From Octopus sinensis (lineage: Eukaryota), in NCBI RefSeq assembly GCF_006345805.1, contig NC_043009.1, forward strand, positions 7,068,001-7,132,000: a stretch of DNA of 64,000 bases. The letters run 5' to 3'. The position numbers and the translations under genes are program-made. Positions 52,406 to 64,000 of the stretch are shown one piece after another (the first letter of the stretch is position 1; each line of letters begins with the position of its first letter). The notes beneath the pieces were generated by a model, which saw only the letters and a list, made by a program, of their open reading frames with translations, was not told the origin of the DNA and did not search any database.

Positions 52406-53208
52406 AGTTTAGTTATATTTCGTTTTTGGATTTGGTTTGCAAGATTCTTTATATGAGTTCGTGTGTTGAAGCATATTCTGTTGTGTCTGGGAAGAGTCAT
52501 TCTCTTTTAATGCCTTATTATTTAAAACACTCACCGGTAAAATTTCCACTTATTTCTTATTTTTTATTTTCTAAAATTTTCGTTGCGTCTTGGTTTTTAT
52601 TTATTTATTTTTTATTTCTGTATGTAAGCATTTAGATATGTAAATAAACAGATCAACATACAGACGGATAGGTACATAAGTTACAAGAACAGACACATAT
52701 GGATCCACGGATCCACACATATAAAGATGCACATCCATACATACAAACATAGTACATAGTTATATAATACACTCACACACACACAGATATGCACACGTAA
52801 GGAGACAGCGGTGCATATATATACAAACACATGCTCACACACACATACATAAAAAAATACACAAACACGGACAGGCAAGTACATAAATATGCAGGATACG
52901 TACATGCAGATGCACACATATACATACATACACATGCAAACACACACACACATACATACGTACATGTATGCATGCATAGGCACACACACACACACACTGG
53001 CCCCCACACATGCGCACAAACAAACAAAAGGGAACGCAGTGTAAATAACGGACAGAGTCAAGACTATTGAAAAGGTTGCAAGACGCAACGAAAATTTTAG
53101 AAAATAAAAAATAAGAAATAAGTGGAAATTTTACCGGTGAGTGTGTTAAATAATAAGGCAAAAAAAGAGACTGACTCTCCCCAGACACAACAGAGTTTAG
53201 TTATATTT
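52406..53208. repeat. ~115-bp inverted repeat pair bracketed by a 15-bp direct repeat
   Basis: Arms ~52478-52592 and ~53079-53193; agtttagttatattt at 52406-52420 and 53194-53208. Confidence 0.85.
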
Positions 53209-53878
53209 TCCTACGAAGGTTCAGAGCCACGTATCTACTCCGTCTACCAATATTTTGCAAACATATCCTGCAAATTGCTAGGTGTTAACATCAACGTCAA
53301 TGCCAATGCTCATAAACCTGTATATTTCACTGGTCAGGTAACAGTGTTTTGATCATAAGAGCACATTTGATTCTCTTTGTCTCCGCTTTTTTCTTAGCTC
53401 AACTTCTATCACGAAACCAGGTAAACGCACTTGTCTATAGCAAACACGTCGCTTCAGACATCGCACTAAAATTCATTTAATGGCTGTTTAGGTAACATGA
53501 ATTGCATTTTTGGCCCTCACTGGTATTGTGTAGGGTTAGCCCGTATAGAAATTACCGATTACCACCTTAGTCGTTGCTACATATCGGACAGGTACAGATT
53601 TGATCTTTTGCAAATTTGCAAATATGCGCTTGGAGCATAGGATCATCCAAATCATATATAGGTTGTGTATTGATTCTGGTAGCGGATGTACTCCGAGTCT
53701 TTGTACACAATTTTAAAAGCTCAGTTGCACAGACAACGAATTTGTACCTTTTCACGGGGTGATTTCTGTCAATTTTACCAATTTTTTGTATGCATGTAAA
53801 CAAACACAGAATTTGTCCTAAAGTATACTTTAGTTATCGCTGAATCATATCTGAGAAAACTTCTGAAATAATAATAAT

Positions 53879-53955
<77 letters not shown>

Positions 53956-54159
53956 TCTGTGAGTAAACTTTTGAATTTTGAATTTTAATTACATGTACAT
54001 CCATATTTATACAAGACCTATCTCTCTATATATATATGCACTTTACTGTTTCTTCTCGGTCTCTCGCTGATCGTTCAATAATAATTACAACTACGAAAGA
54101 AACATATATATTCGCAGACACGATAGTCTTCGGACCTATATACACTTGAAGCTATACCA

Positions 54160-54690
54160 ACACTAAAATGGTATAGACACACGCCAGAAAAGTTCACAGA
54201 AAATGAGAAAGCAACCATACTATGGGATATGCCAATACAGAGAGTGAAATTAAGGCTAATAGGCTGGATATAGTCGTCAGAGATCACCACAAAAGAAATG
54301 TTTTCTAATCGATATAGCAATACGAACAGATAGCAATGTTTCTCTAAAGGAAACGGAGAAACCTTTAAAGTACAAAGATCTGGAAATAGAGGTAACTTGA
54401 ATGTGGAGCCAAAAAACAGAATCAATTCCTATCATAGTGGGCACATTAGGTACGATAAAAAAATAGTCAGACAAATACAAGACAAAAACAGCAGGACTAA
54501 CAAGTATATATATAACATACATAAAATAGCACTACTATGCGCCGCACATATTCTACGTAAAACACTTTCAATACAGTGAAAATATGAGACTCACAACCAA
54601 TCACAGTGAATACTCAAAACACACAGAGTTGCGCTCGGTAGTGCAGTGAAAGTATGTAACACAAATAAGACTACTGCATGATAATAATAA
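54160..54690 (+). mobile_element. R4/Dong-type LINE 3' fragment (family of 21200-21700)
   Basis: WYRHTPEKFTENEKATILWDMPI..KYKDLEIEV..IHKIALLCAAHILRKTLSIQ; same 3' UTR; (TAA)n tail. Confidence 0.88.
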
Positions 54691-54820
54691 TATATTCCGA
54701 ACTCAAATTCCCCTGAAACCGACTTTACCTTTCATACTTTCGGAGTCCGTAAAATAACTACTCATCAAGTACTGCTGACTCAGTGCTAAAATTTGAAACC
54801 ATTATTATTATTATTATTAT

Positions 54821-54876
<56 letters not shown>

Positions 54877-54963
54877 TCATCATCATCATCATCATCGTCA
54901 TCATCATCATTATCATCATCATCTTGGTCATCGTCATCGCCATCATCATCATCATAATCGTCA

Positions 54964-54995
<32 letters not shown>

Positions 54996-55017
54996 ATCAT
55001 CATCATCATCATCATCG

Positions 55018-55074
<57 letters not shown>

Positions 55075-55076
<2 letters not shown>

Positions 55077-55365
55077 TTGTTTGACTTTTGCTCCAAGTTG
55101 GCTCCAAGTCTCTCCCAGAGGCCTCAAGAGACAACAGGTTGGAAGTTCGTGTTGTTGTTATGCCTAGTGTGCCATATATTTGGTTTTGTACTTAGTGTTG
55201 TACAAGTGAATGTCTAAAAAAACATACGAAAAGTATGTTAGTTTTAAAACCTGAGATCACATAGAAAGTATTTTGCGTAGGATATGAGCAGTTCCCATGA
55301 GCACTGTCTTTTGAATTTCTGCCATTTTGGGGTTTCCTGGTATTTGAGTTAGGTTGCAATCAGCC
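55075..55365 (-). mobile_element. R4/Dong-type LINE 3' end, third family
   Basis: Minus PKMAEIQKTVLMGTAHILRKIL plus 3' UTR; sits between (TTA)n tracts; homologous to 59331-59612. Confidence 0.82.
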
Positions 55366-55374
55366 CCTTATTAT

Positions 55375-55405
<31 letters not shown>

Positions 55406-55463
55406 TTTGTTGTTGTTGTTGTTGTTATTATTAGTGTTATTATTGTTGTTGTTGTTGTTGTTG

Positions 55464-55506
<43 letters not shown>

Positions 55507-55699
55507 TGCTTCTAACAAACGTACAAGGTTGGAAATTCAAGGCAGGAGATTTTTTGATAAAATGGACTGCAATGTTTGACATGTACATTCGTTTTTCGAT
55601 CCCGGATAGATGAAAGTCGGAGTTGACATTGCCAAGATTGGCATTCAGAACGTACAGTAGGAAAGCTTAATTAACATAAGTGATTTTACCCAACGAGCG

Positions 55700-55853
55700 A
55701 TGGAGTGGCTGGGTGGTAAGTAGCTTGCTTACGGACCACATGGTTCCGGGTTCAGTCCCACTGCGTGGCACCTTTGGCAAATGCCTTCTACTATAGCTTG
55801 CGTGTGGATTTGTTAGACGGAAAGTGAAAGAAGCCCGTCGTATATGTATATAT

Positions 55854-55898
<45 letters not shown>

Positions 55899-55909
55899 TA
55901 TATATATAT

Positions 55910-55944
<35 letters not shown>

Positions 55945-56180
55945 AGTGTGTCTGTGTCTGTGTGTGAGTGTGTCTGTGTGTGTGTCTGTGTTTGTCCCCC
56001 AACATCGCTTGGCAACTGATGCTGGTGTGTTTACGTCCCCGTAACTTATCGGTTCGGTAAAAGAGACCGATAGAATAAATACTAGGCTTACAAAGAATAA
56101 GTCCTGGGGTCTATTTGCTTGACTAAAGGTGGTGCTCCCGCATGGCCATAGTCAAATGACTGAAACAAGTAAAAGATTTT
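55700..56180 (+). mobile_element. SINE family B
   Basis: Head, internal TA/TG tract and tail. Confidence 0.85.
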
Positions 56181-56379
56181 AAAAAAAGAGTAATCTATCG
56201 TCCAATTCTGCTGAATGGGATGACTTCATATATTTTCCAAAAAGAGCAAATGATGAAATTGCAGTGACGGAGATTAAGGACTCTGACTTGATTTAATCGA
56301 GAATCCCTTCACTTCCATGCCCACCAAGACTACTAAGACAAAATCCTTCCTCGACTATAATTCTCCGATATATATTGTT

Positions 56380-58530
56380 TAATGCGAGCAGCCATGATCG
56401 CTTCTGTCAACCGCTCTTATAAACTGTTACTGGAGGAGAGTTTGTCTGCTTTTGTTTCTCAACCTCCTTCGCAAATGGATATTTGGAATTAGATGTTTGT
56501 CAGGATATGAAAGTGTATGTCTACACTCTACCCGCATAAAAAACTATTTTGCCAAAACCGCCATTTTGCCCTTTTAAAGCAAGGCGGGAGTGTAGCTTTC
56601 AAAGTGAAGTCGTTCGATACATGGATCTCACTTACACGGGGAAAATATCTAGCAGAACTCCAGAGACCGTTAATGCTTGCACACTAAACATGTGCAGAAG
56701 AGTTTTGAGTCTCTACACGCACCTTGCGCATACCTACTTGCCTGAAATTCAATTTGTTAGCGATTTATGGACGCTATCCACAGTTCCCGGGCCGAAAGTA
56801 CTCCGGAACGGAAAAGTTAGGTTATTCTCATTGAGGTGTAGCGCTTAACTATGAACGTTATGGTTCTTCCCTGCCACTGTTAAACTGGAACTTACATCGA
56901 CTGCTTTGCTGTACAGTAGAATACAGTGAGTAATAAAGAATATTTCAAGCAAGTGTCTAGTTTTGGACTTTGTTTGGCCGGAGACTGCAATTCCTATTTC
57001 TTTACTACCCACAAGGGGCTAAACACAGAGGGAACAAACAAAGACAGACAAACAGATTAAGTCGATTACATAGACCCCAATGCGTAACTGGTACTTAATT
57101 TACTGACCCCGAAAGGATGAACGGCAAAGTCGACCTCGGCGGAATTTGAACTCAGAACGTAACGGTAGCCGAAATACCGCTAAGCACTCCGGCCGGCGTG
57201 CTAACGATTCTACCAGCTGCAATTCCATCAAAGAAATAAGCAGTGATAGACATACTTGACAATGGCGGATCGCTGTCATGAAATATCTGTAGATAATGAG
57301 CATGTCTGCACAACAAGAACCGCGGCATGCAGAACCCTCCTTACAAAAGTTGTTCACTACCTAGACTACCTGTTCAGTGGAAAACATCCTTATCACAAAG
57401 AGTGGATGCACAGTTGTTCCAATATTTCCAGACGAAACCTGAAACAAGTCGTTGTGACAGTTAAGTATAACGGAACGAATCTACGCCCCTTGAGTTTCAT
57501 TTATTTGTGACGCTTACAAGCCTGCTCATAAACGTGCCCCAGTTACTTTACAACTAGGACTTCAGAGTGAATAAAGCAGCACAGCCGTTCGCTAGTCTTT
57601 CTGTCCAATATCACACTCCTCTTATTTGCGCTTTTTGTTTTTCGACAAAATTACTCTCATTATTATCATTCCCAGGCTCGGAGATATGGAGACTCATCCG
57701 TTCTGCTGCTAATTTCAGTAGACATCGGTGAATAAGATTGCCATATATACATAAAGCTCAAATGGAAGACTACCAAACCGGATGATTTCCTTGTTAATCT
57801 ACTAACACCGTATGTATCTTAGCTGGCGTTAATGAAATTTACTCACACGTCGGGTTTTTCCTCTGAAAGACATGATAAATCGATACTTAGGTACATAACA
57901 TTATTCAGTTTGCTGCTTGCATTGAACAGTTGAACAAAGTACCGCTCGAAAAATGTACGTATCAGCTTGCAATCGATTACATTCTGTTCATCCTGGGCTA
58001 TCAAAAAACTAACTCTGGTTTTATTGCCATACCACACCTCTGTCACTGGAGACGATCAAATTGCTTACTAGCAACAGTAGTCGAACGCGCTGATCCATGA
58101 AAGCCCAGTCTAAAAGCCTCATCAAAAGGAAATTCAATTTTTCGTATTTTTCAACGTTTGACTGAAGTATTTGCAATCTGGTTTGTGTCATAGGCTTAGA
58201 CACCATTGATTTTTCTTTTACGCTGTTTCGATACTCCAAAGGACATATATTAAATCATAATTAAGAAAAATGGTCCTAGCAGATAAATCTCTGATCTTAG
58301 GTACCCTCACAAGGGTTCAATTTTTCAACTCATTCCAGCAAGTTTATTCAAAGGTACAAAAGAAAAACTTTTCACCAGATTCAGTTGTCTCTGAAGCGCC
58401 CTTTCATTTTCCTTCTTTATATACTTTTACTAGAAGTAACAGCCAAGGATTTTTTTCAAATTCATTGTATCGTATAAAAGACAGAAGCATATGCTATCAG
58501 TGTAATCGTTTCACCATTCAACCATCTTAG
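56380..58530 (-). mobile_element. Highly decayed L1/Tx1-like LINE ORF2, interrupted by a SINE
   Basis: Minus remnants RTFFERYFVQLF..LSCLSEE, KSSGL (KSPG-like), FRSTFGPGTVDSVHKSL, CARCV..LLHMF (CCHC-like). Confidence 0.55.
56993..57218 (-). mobile_element. SINE family A
   Basis: Near consensus. Confidence 0.88.
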
Positions 58531-58694
58531 TAATAATAACAATTATTTTTAATTTGGGCACACGATCAGCGATTTTGGATTAAGTGAATAACCCTAACAC
58601 AAAATTGGAATTTTATTTCATCAATGACTGAAAGACGTACATTAAGGTTCGAGATAGGCGGGTTAAGAATTCAAAACAGAAAAATAACAATAAT

Positions 58695-58901
58695 AATTTC
58701 AAATTTTGGCACAAGACCAGCACGTTGGAGGGGACTTAAGTCGATCACATCGATCCCAGTGATCAATTGATACTTATATTGTCGACCTCGAAAGGATGAA
58801 CGGCAAAGTCGGCATCGACAGGATTTGTTAGAGCGTAAGGACGGATGAAATGCCGTGAAGCATTTTGTCCAGCGTGCTAACGATTCTGCCAGCTTGCTGC
58901 C

Positions 58902-58948
<47 letters not shown>

Positions 58949-59233
58949 TAATAATGATAATAATAATAATAATAATAATAACAACAACAACAACCACAAC
59001 AATAATATTAATAATAATACTTTCTATTATAGGTACGAGGAGGCTTGAAATTTGCGGGGAGGAAATCAGTCGATTAGGTCGACCCAAGTACGCAACTGGT
59101 ACTTAATTTATCGACCCCGAAAGGATGAAAGGTAAAGTTGATCTCGGCAGAATTTGAACTCAGTGCGTAGCGAGAGCCAGAACACCGCTAAGCATTTCGT
59201 CCGGCATGCTAATGATTCTGCCCACTCGCCGCC
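58695..59233 (-). mobile_element. Two SINE family A copies separated by (TAA)n
   Basis: Cores at ~58770 and ~59100; heads end at ~58902 and 59233. Confidence 0.8.
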
Positions 59234-59261
59234 AATAATAATGATAATAATAATAATAATG

Positions 59262-59330
<69 letters not shown>

Positions 59331-59331
<1 letters not shown>

Positions 59332-59612
59332 GCAGAAATTCAAAAGATAGTGCTCATGGGAACTGCTCATATCCTACGCAAAATAACTTTCTATGTAATC
59401 TCAAGGTTTAAAACAAACATAATTTTCGGTTTAGAAAAAAAAAAAAAAAAAAATTTTTTTTTTTAGACATTCATTAGTACAACACACCCACCCCCCAAAT
59501 ATATGGCACATAAGGCATAACAACAACATGAACTTCCAACCCTGTTGTCTCTTGAGGTCTCTGGGTGAGACTTGGAGCCAACTTGTACAAATATAAAGCA
59601 AAAGTCAAACAT
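59331..59612 (+). mobile_element. R4/Dong-type LINE 3' end, third family
   Basis: AEIQKIVLMGTAHILRK plus UTR, flanked on both sides by (TAA)n. Confidence 0.82.
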
Positions 59613-59821
59613 AGAATAATAATAATAATAATAATGTTTTCAATATAGACACAGGGCCGGAAGTTTAGGGGAGGGAGATAGTCGATTGCCTCGACCCACG
59701 GTGTTCATCTGGTACATATTTTATCGACTCCGAAAGGATGTAAGGCGGAGTCGACCGAATTTGAACTCAATATAATAATAATAATAATGATGATGATGAT
59801 GATGATGATAATGACGATGAC

Positions 59822-59854
<33 letters not shown>

Positions 59855-59974
59855 GGTGGTGATGGTGGTCATCGTCGTCGTGTTCGCGGTCGTGATCGTG
59901 GTTGAGTTCAGGGTGGTGGTGGTGGTAATTATGATGATGACGATGGTGATGATGATTATGATGGCCATGATACA

Positions 59975-60013
<39 letters not shown>

Positions 60014-60324
60014 AAAACAAGATAATATCCCTTATTGCCATGATGATGACAGATTAAAGGAGCAGAATATTTAGCACGCAAACACACACATAGGCATAGA
60101 TGTACATACTCACATGCACACACACACGCACCTGCGCATGCAGGTATGTTGATATGTGTGTGCGTGTGTGCTGCACTCTTGTACTTATTTAGCTATCAAT
60201 TTCTCTCTGTCTCTCCTTCTCTCTCACTCTTTCTCTCTCACACACGCACACTCTCTCCCTCTCCCTCTCTCTCTCTCTCTCTTCGGTGTTTGTAGCTTGT
60301 GTGCCTGCGCGCACGCCCACACTA

Positions 60325-60405
60325 ACACATATACATACATACATACATATATACATACATACAAATACATACATACATACATACATACACATACATACAC
60401 ATACA

Positions 60406-60437
<32 letters not shown>

Positions 60438-60995
60438 CATACATATATACATATATGCGTACATACGTACATACATACATACATGCATACATATACATAC
60501 ATACATACATACATACATACATTTATACATACATACATACATACATATACATGCATACATACATACATACATACATACATACATACATACATACATGCAT
60601 ACATATACATACATACATACATACATACATACATACATACATACATACATACATACATACATACATACATACATACATGCATACATACATACATACATTT
60701 ATACATACATACATACATACATATACACGCATACATATATACATACATACATGCATACATACGTACATACATACATACATACATACATACATACAACACA
60801 TACATACACACATACATACATACATGCATACATACATACATGCATACATACATACATACATACATGCATACATACATACAACACATACATACACACATAC
60901 ATACATACATGCATACAACACATACATACACACATACATACATACATGCATACATACATACATGCATACATACATAAATACATACATACATATAT
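60325..60995. repeat. (TACA)n tetranucleotide array
   Basis: Direct reading. Confidence 0.95.
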
Positions 60996-61206
60996 ACACG
61001 CACAAACACACAGAAATAGGTGGGCTGCATCATCATCATCATCATCATCATCACAAGTATCATTATCATCGCCGTCGTCGTGGTCGTCATCGCCACAACC
61101 ATCATCGCCACCAATACCACCACCACCATCATCATCATCACCATCAACGACAACATTAATGTCACAAATCAACATTTTTAACCCATGTCGCAGTAGGCGG
61201 CAACTG

Positions 61207-61242
<36 letters not shown>

Positions 61243-61272
61243 TTTTCTGCTGTTGTTTTTGTTGTAGCAGTT

Positions 61273-61314
<42 letters not shown>

Positions 61315-61316
61315 AC

Positions 61317-61690
61317 TGAAGAAGAAGAGGAGGAGGAGGAGGAGGAAGTGGAAGAGGAAGAAGAAGAACGAGAAGAAGAAGAGGAAGAAGAAGGAGAAAG
61401 AGAAGGAGGAGGAGGAGGAGAAGAAGAAGACGAAGACGAAGAAGAAGAGAAGAAGAAGAAGAAGAAGAAGAAGAAGAGAAGAAGAAGAAGAAGAAGAGAG
61501 AAGAAGAAGAAGAGAGAAGAAGAAGAAGAAGAGAAGAAGAAGAAGAGAAGAAGAAGAAGAAGAAGAAGAGAAGAAGAAGAAGAAGAAGAAGAAGACGAAG
61601 AAGAAGAAGAAGAAGAAGAAGAAGAAGAAGAAGAAGAAGAAGAAGAAGAAGAAGAAGAAGAAGAAGAAGAAGAAGAAGAAGAAGAAGAAA
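61317..61690. repeat. (GAA)n/(GAG)n polypurine tract
   Basis: Direct reading. Confidence 0.95.
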
Positions 61691-62852
61691 TGTAAGCCGT
61701 TCACGACTTCTTCAGCAATTGCATTAATGTCAGCCACTGGGATGACAATGAAGTATAGCAGCAGCAACTGTTGCTGCAACTTTACCAGCAGCACCACCAC
61801 CAACAGCAGCAGCAGCATCATTATCAGTGCCAATAACAACAACAACAACAACAACAACAACGGTAACAATAACAGCAGCAGGTGTAACAGCAGTAGATGT
61901 AGATCTGCAGCAGGGAGAGCAGCAGTAGAGGCCGCAGCAGCAGCAGCAACTTTCAAAATTCAGCAGTTACTGTAGAATCGAAGATCTGTTGAAAACGAAG
62001 CGAGTAACGGTCTTCGGAATATCGATCTTTGCATTTGGCCTTTTCGTCGATCATTCTTGAACTTTTGCTGCTAATGGTTTTATTGTTGTTTTAGGTGTTG
62101 TCGCTCTTGTTATTGTTGTAGTCGGTGTTGTTACGGTAGTAATAGCAGTACCGGTAGAAGTAGTAGTAGTAGTAGTAGTGGTTGACTTGTCATTGTGTGT
62201 GTATAGTCTTTGCTAGTGTTGCCTTTACAAAGGTAGTTTATTCGGTAATTTTGCTTTCGTTGCTACCGATGTTGTTCGTGCGCCATATTAGTTGCTTCGT
62301 GACAACAATGGTGTTAATGGTAGTAGTAACGTTGTTAATATCAATTATTAGTATTATTGTTAGTATGGTTAGTATTATTTTGATCATTGCTATTGCAAGA
62401 CAGTTCTTCGATTATTGTTATTTTCCTTTGTGTTGCTGGTGTTGTTAGAAGTCGCATTGGTTATTTCCGTAGTAGTTCTCATTGTCGAAATTATTGCAGT
62501 TCGCATTGTAAGTATTGTTGTTAATGCAACTGTTACGAAATAATTGTTTGGTTATTGTGCTCCGGTTTGTGTTGCCGTTGGCAGTAGTAGTTGTATTGGC
62601 TGTTGTCAAGGTAGAGGCGGTGTAGGCGGTGATATTGTTGTGGTTACGATTTTCGTTACTTTGGTTGCAGTTTTGCTACTGTTGACGTTTGCACCGATGT
62701 CTCTCTTAATATTCTGCTGTTAACAGATATTGCCAGTGTCTTCCATCTTAATTGTATTAGTTATAATAAAGCTGTTAAATTATTTGCGTGTTATGGTAGT
62801 TGTAGTTACCATTCTGGTAATACTGGTGTTATCATTATTATTATTATTGTTG

Positions 62853-62882
<30 letters not shown>

Positions 62883-62884
<2 letters not shown>

Positions 62885-64000
62885 GAGCTGGCAGAAACGT
62901 TAGCACGCCGGACGAAATGCATAGCAGTATTTTGTCTGCCGTTGCGTTCTGAGTTCAAATTCCGCCGAGGTCGACTTTGCCTTTTATCATTTCGGGGTCG
63001 ATAAATTAAGTACCAGTTACGCACTGGGGTCGATGTAATCGACTTAATCCGTTTGTCTGTCCTTGTTTGTCCCCTCTATGTTTAGCCCCTTGCGGGTAGT
63101 AAAGAAATAGGTATTTCGTCCGTCGCTCCGTTATGAATTCAAATTCCGTCGAGGTCAACTTTGCCTTGCATCCTTTGGGCTTCGATGTATTAAGTACCAG
63201 TGAAACACTGGAGTCGATGTAATCGTCTAGTCCCCTCCCAACAAACTTGAGGGCTTGTGCCTGCAGAAGAAAGGATTATTACTAGTGTTGGTAAGGCGGC
63301 GAGCTAGCAGAAATGTTAGCACGCCGGGCGAAATGCTTAGCGCTATTTCGTCTGCCGCTACGTTCTGAGTTCAAATTCCGCCGTGGTTGACTTTGCCTTT
63401 CATCCTTTTGGGGTCGATTAAATAAGTACCAGCTACGCACTGGGGTCGACATAATCGACTTAATCCGTTTGTCTGTCCTTGTTTGTCCTCTCTGTGTTTA
63501 GCACCTTGTGGGTAGTAAAGAAATAGGTATTTCACATGTCCTTATATTCTGAGTTCAAATTCCATCGTGATCGAGTTTGTTTTTCATCCTTTCGGAGTCG
63601 GTAAATTAAGTACCAGCTGCGTACTGAGGTTGATCTAATCGACTGGCCCCCTCCCCAAAAATTTCGGGCCTTGTGCCTAGAGTAGAAAAGAATAGTTATT
63701 ATGCTGGGCAAAATGCTTAGCGGTATTTCAGATGTCCCTATATTCTGAGTTCAAATTCCATCGTGATCGACTTTGCCTTTCATCCTTTCGGTGTCGATAA
63801 ATTAATACCAGTGAAATACTGTAGTTGATAGAACTGACTAGTCCCCTCACCCAAAATTTCAAGCCTATTATTTTTGTGGCTAAGGCGGTGAGCTGGCAGA
63901 AGTTTTAGCTCTCTAGTCGAAATGTTTAGCGGTATTTCGACTGTCGATATGTCCTGAATTCAAATTCTGCCGTGGTCGACTTTGCTTATCATTCTTTCGG
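62883..64000 (+). mobile_element. SINE family A multimer array (runs off window)
   Basis: At least six cores; aaagaaatag|gtatttc junctions at ~63110 and ~63526. Confidence 0.87.

Noticed and set aside
60286-61695. 469-aa ORF with poly-E/K/R tail
   Set aside because: Concatenated (TACA)n, (TAG)n and (GAA)n; no domain or convincing splice signals.

Overview
AT-rich eukaryotic intronic/intergenic DNA saturated with repeats. The SINE families and microsatellite style best fit an octopod cephalopod (Octopus-like); this is an inference from recalled repeat consensuses. No intact protein-coding gene is supportable: almost all ORFs in the track are translations of (TA)n, (CA)n, (TACA)n, (TAA)n, (GAT)n, (GGT)n or (GAA)n. 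Real content: (1) a minus-strand Helitron remnant (CTAG end, hairpin, Rep and Pif1-helicase motifs) rebuilt into a 974-bp tandem duplication at 0.1-2.4 kb; (2) many copies of three tRNA-derived SINE families, one forming ~184-bp concatemers; (3) several R4/Dong-type restriction-like-endonuclease LINE remnants in (TAA)n tracts; (4) a full-length dead piggyBac (TTAA, TIRs, broken transposase) at 49248-51747; (5) decayed L1/Tx1-like LINEs; (6) short elements in (TA)n tracts carrying hammerhead-ribozyme folds, one with a canonical core (48546-48603, minus), probably Penelope-like/retrozyme-like; (7) several locally templated inversions and insertions. The hammerhead-bearing TA-resident elements and the template-switch structures most deserve follow-up.
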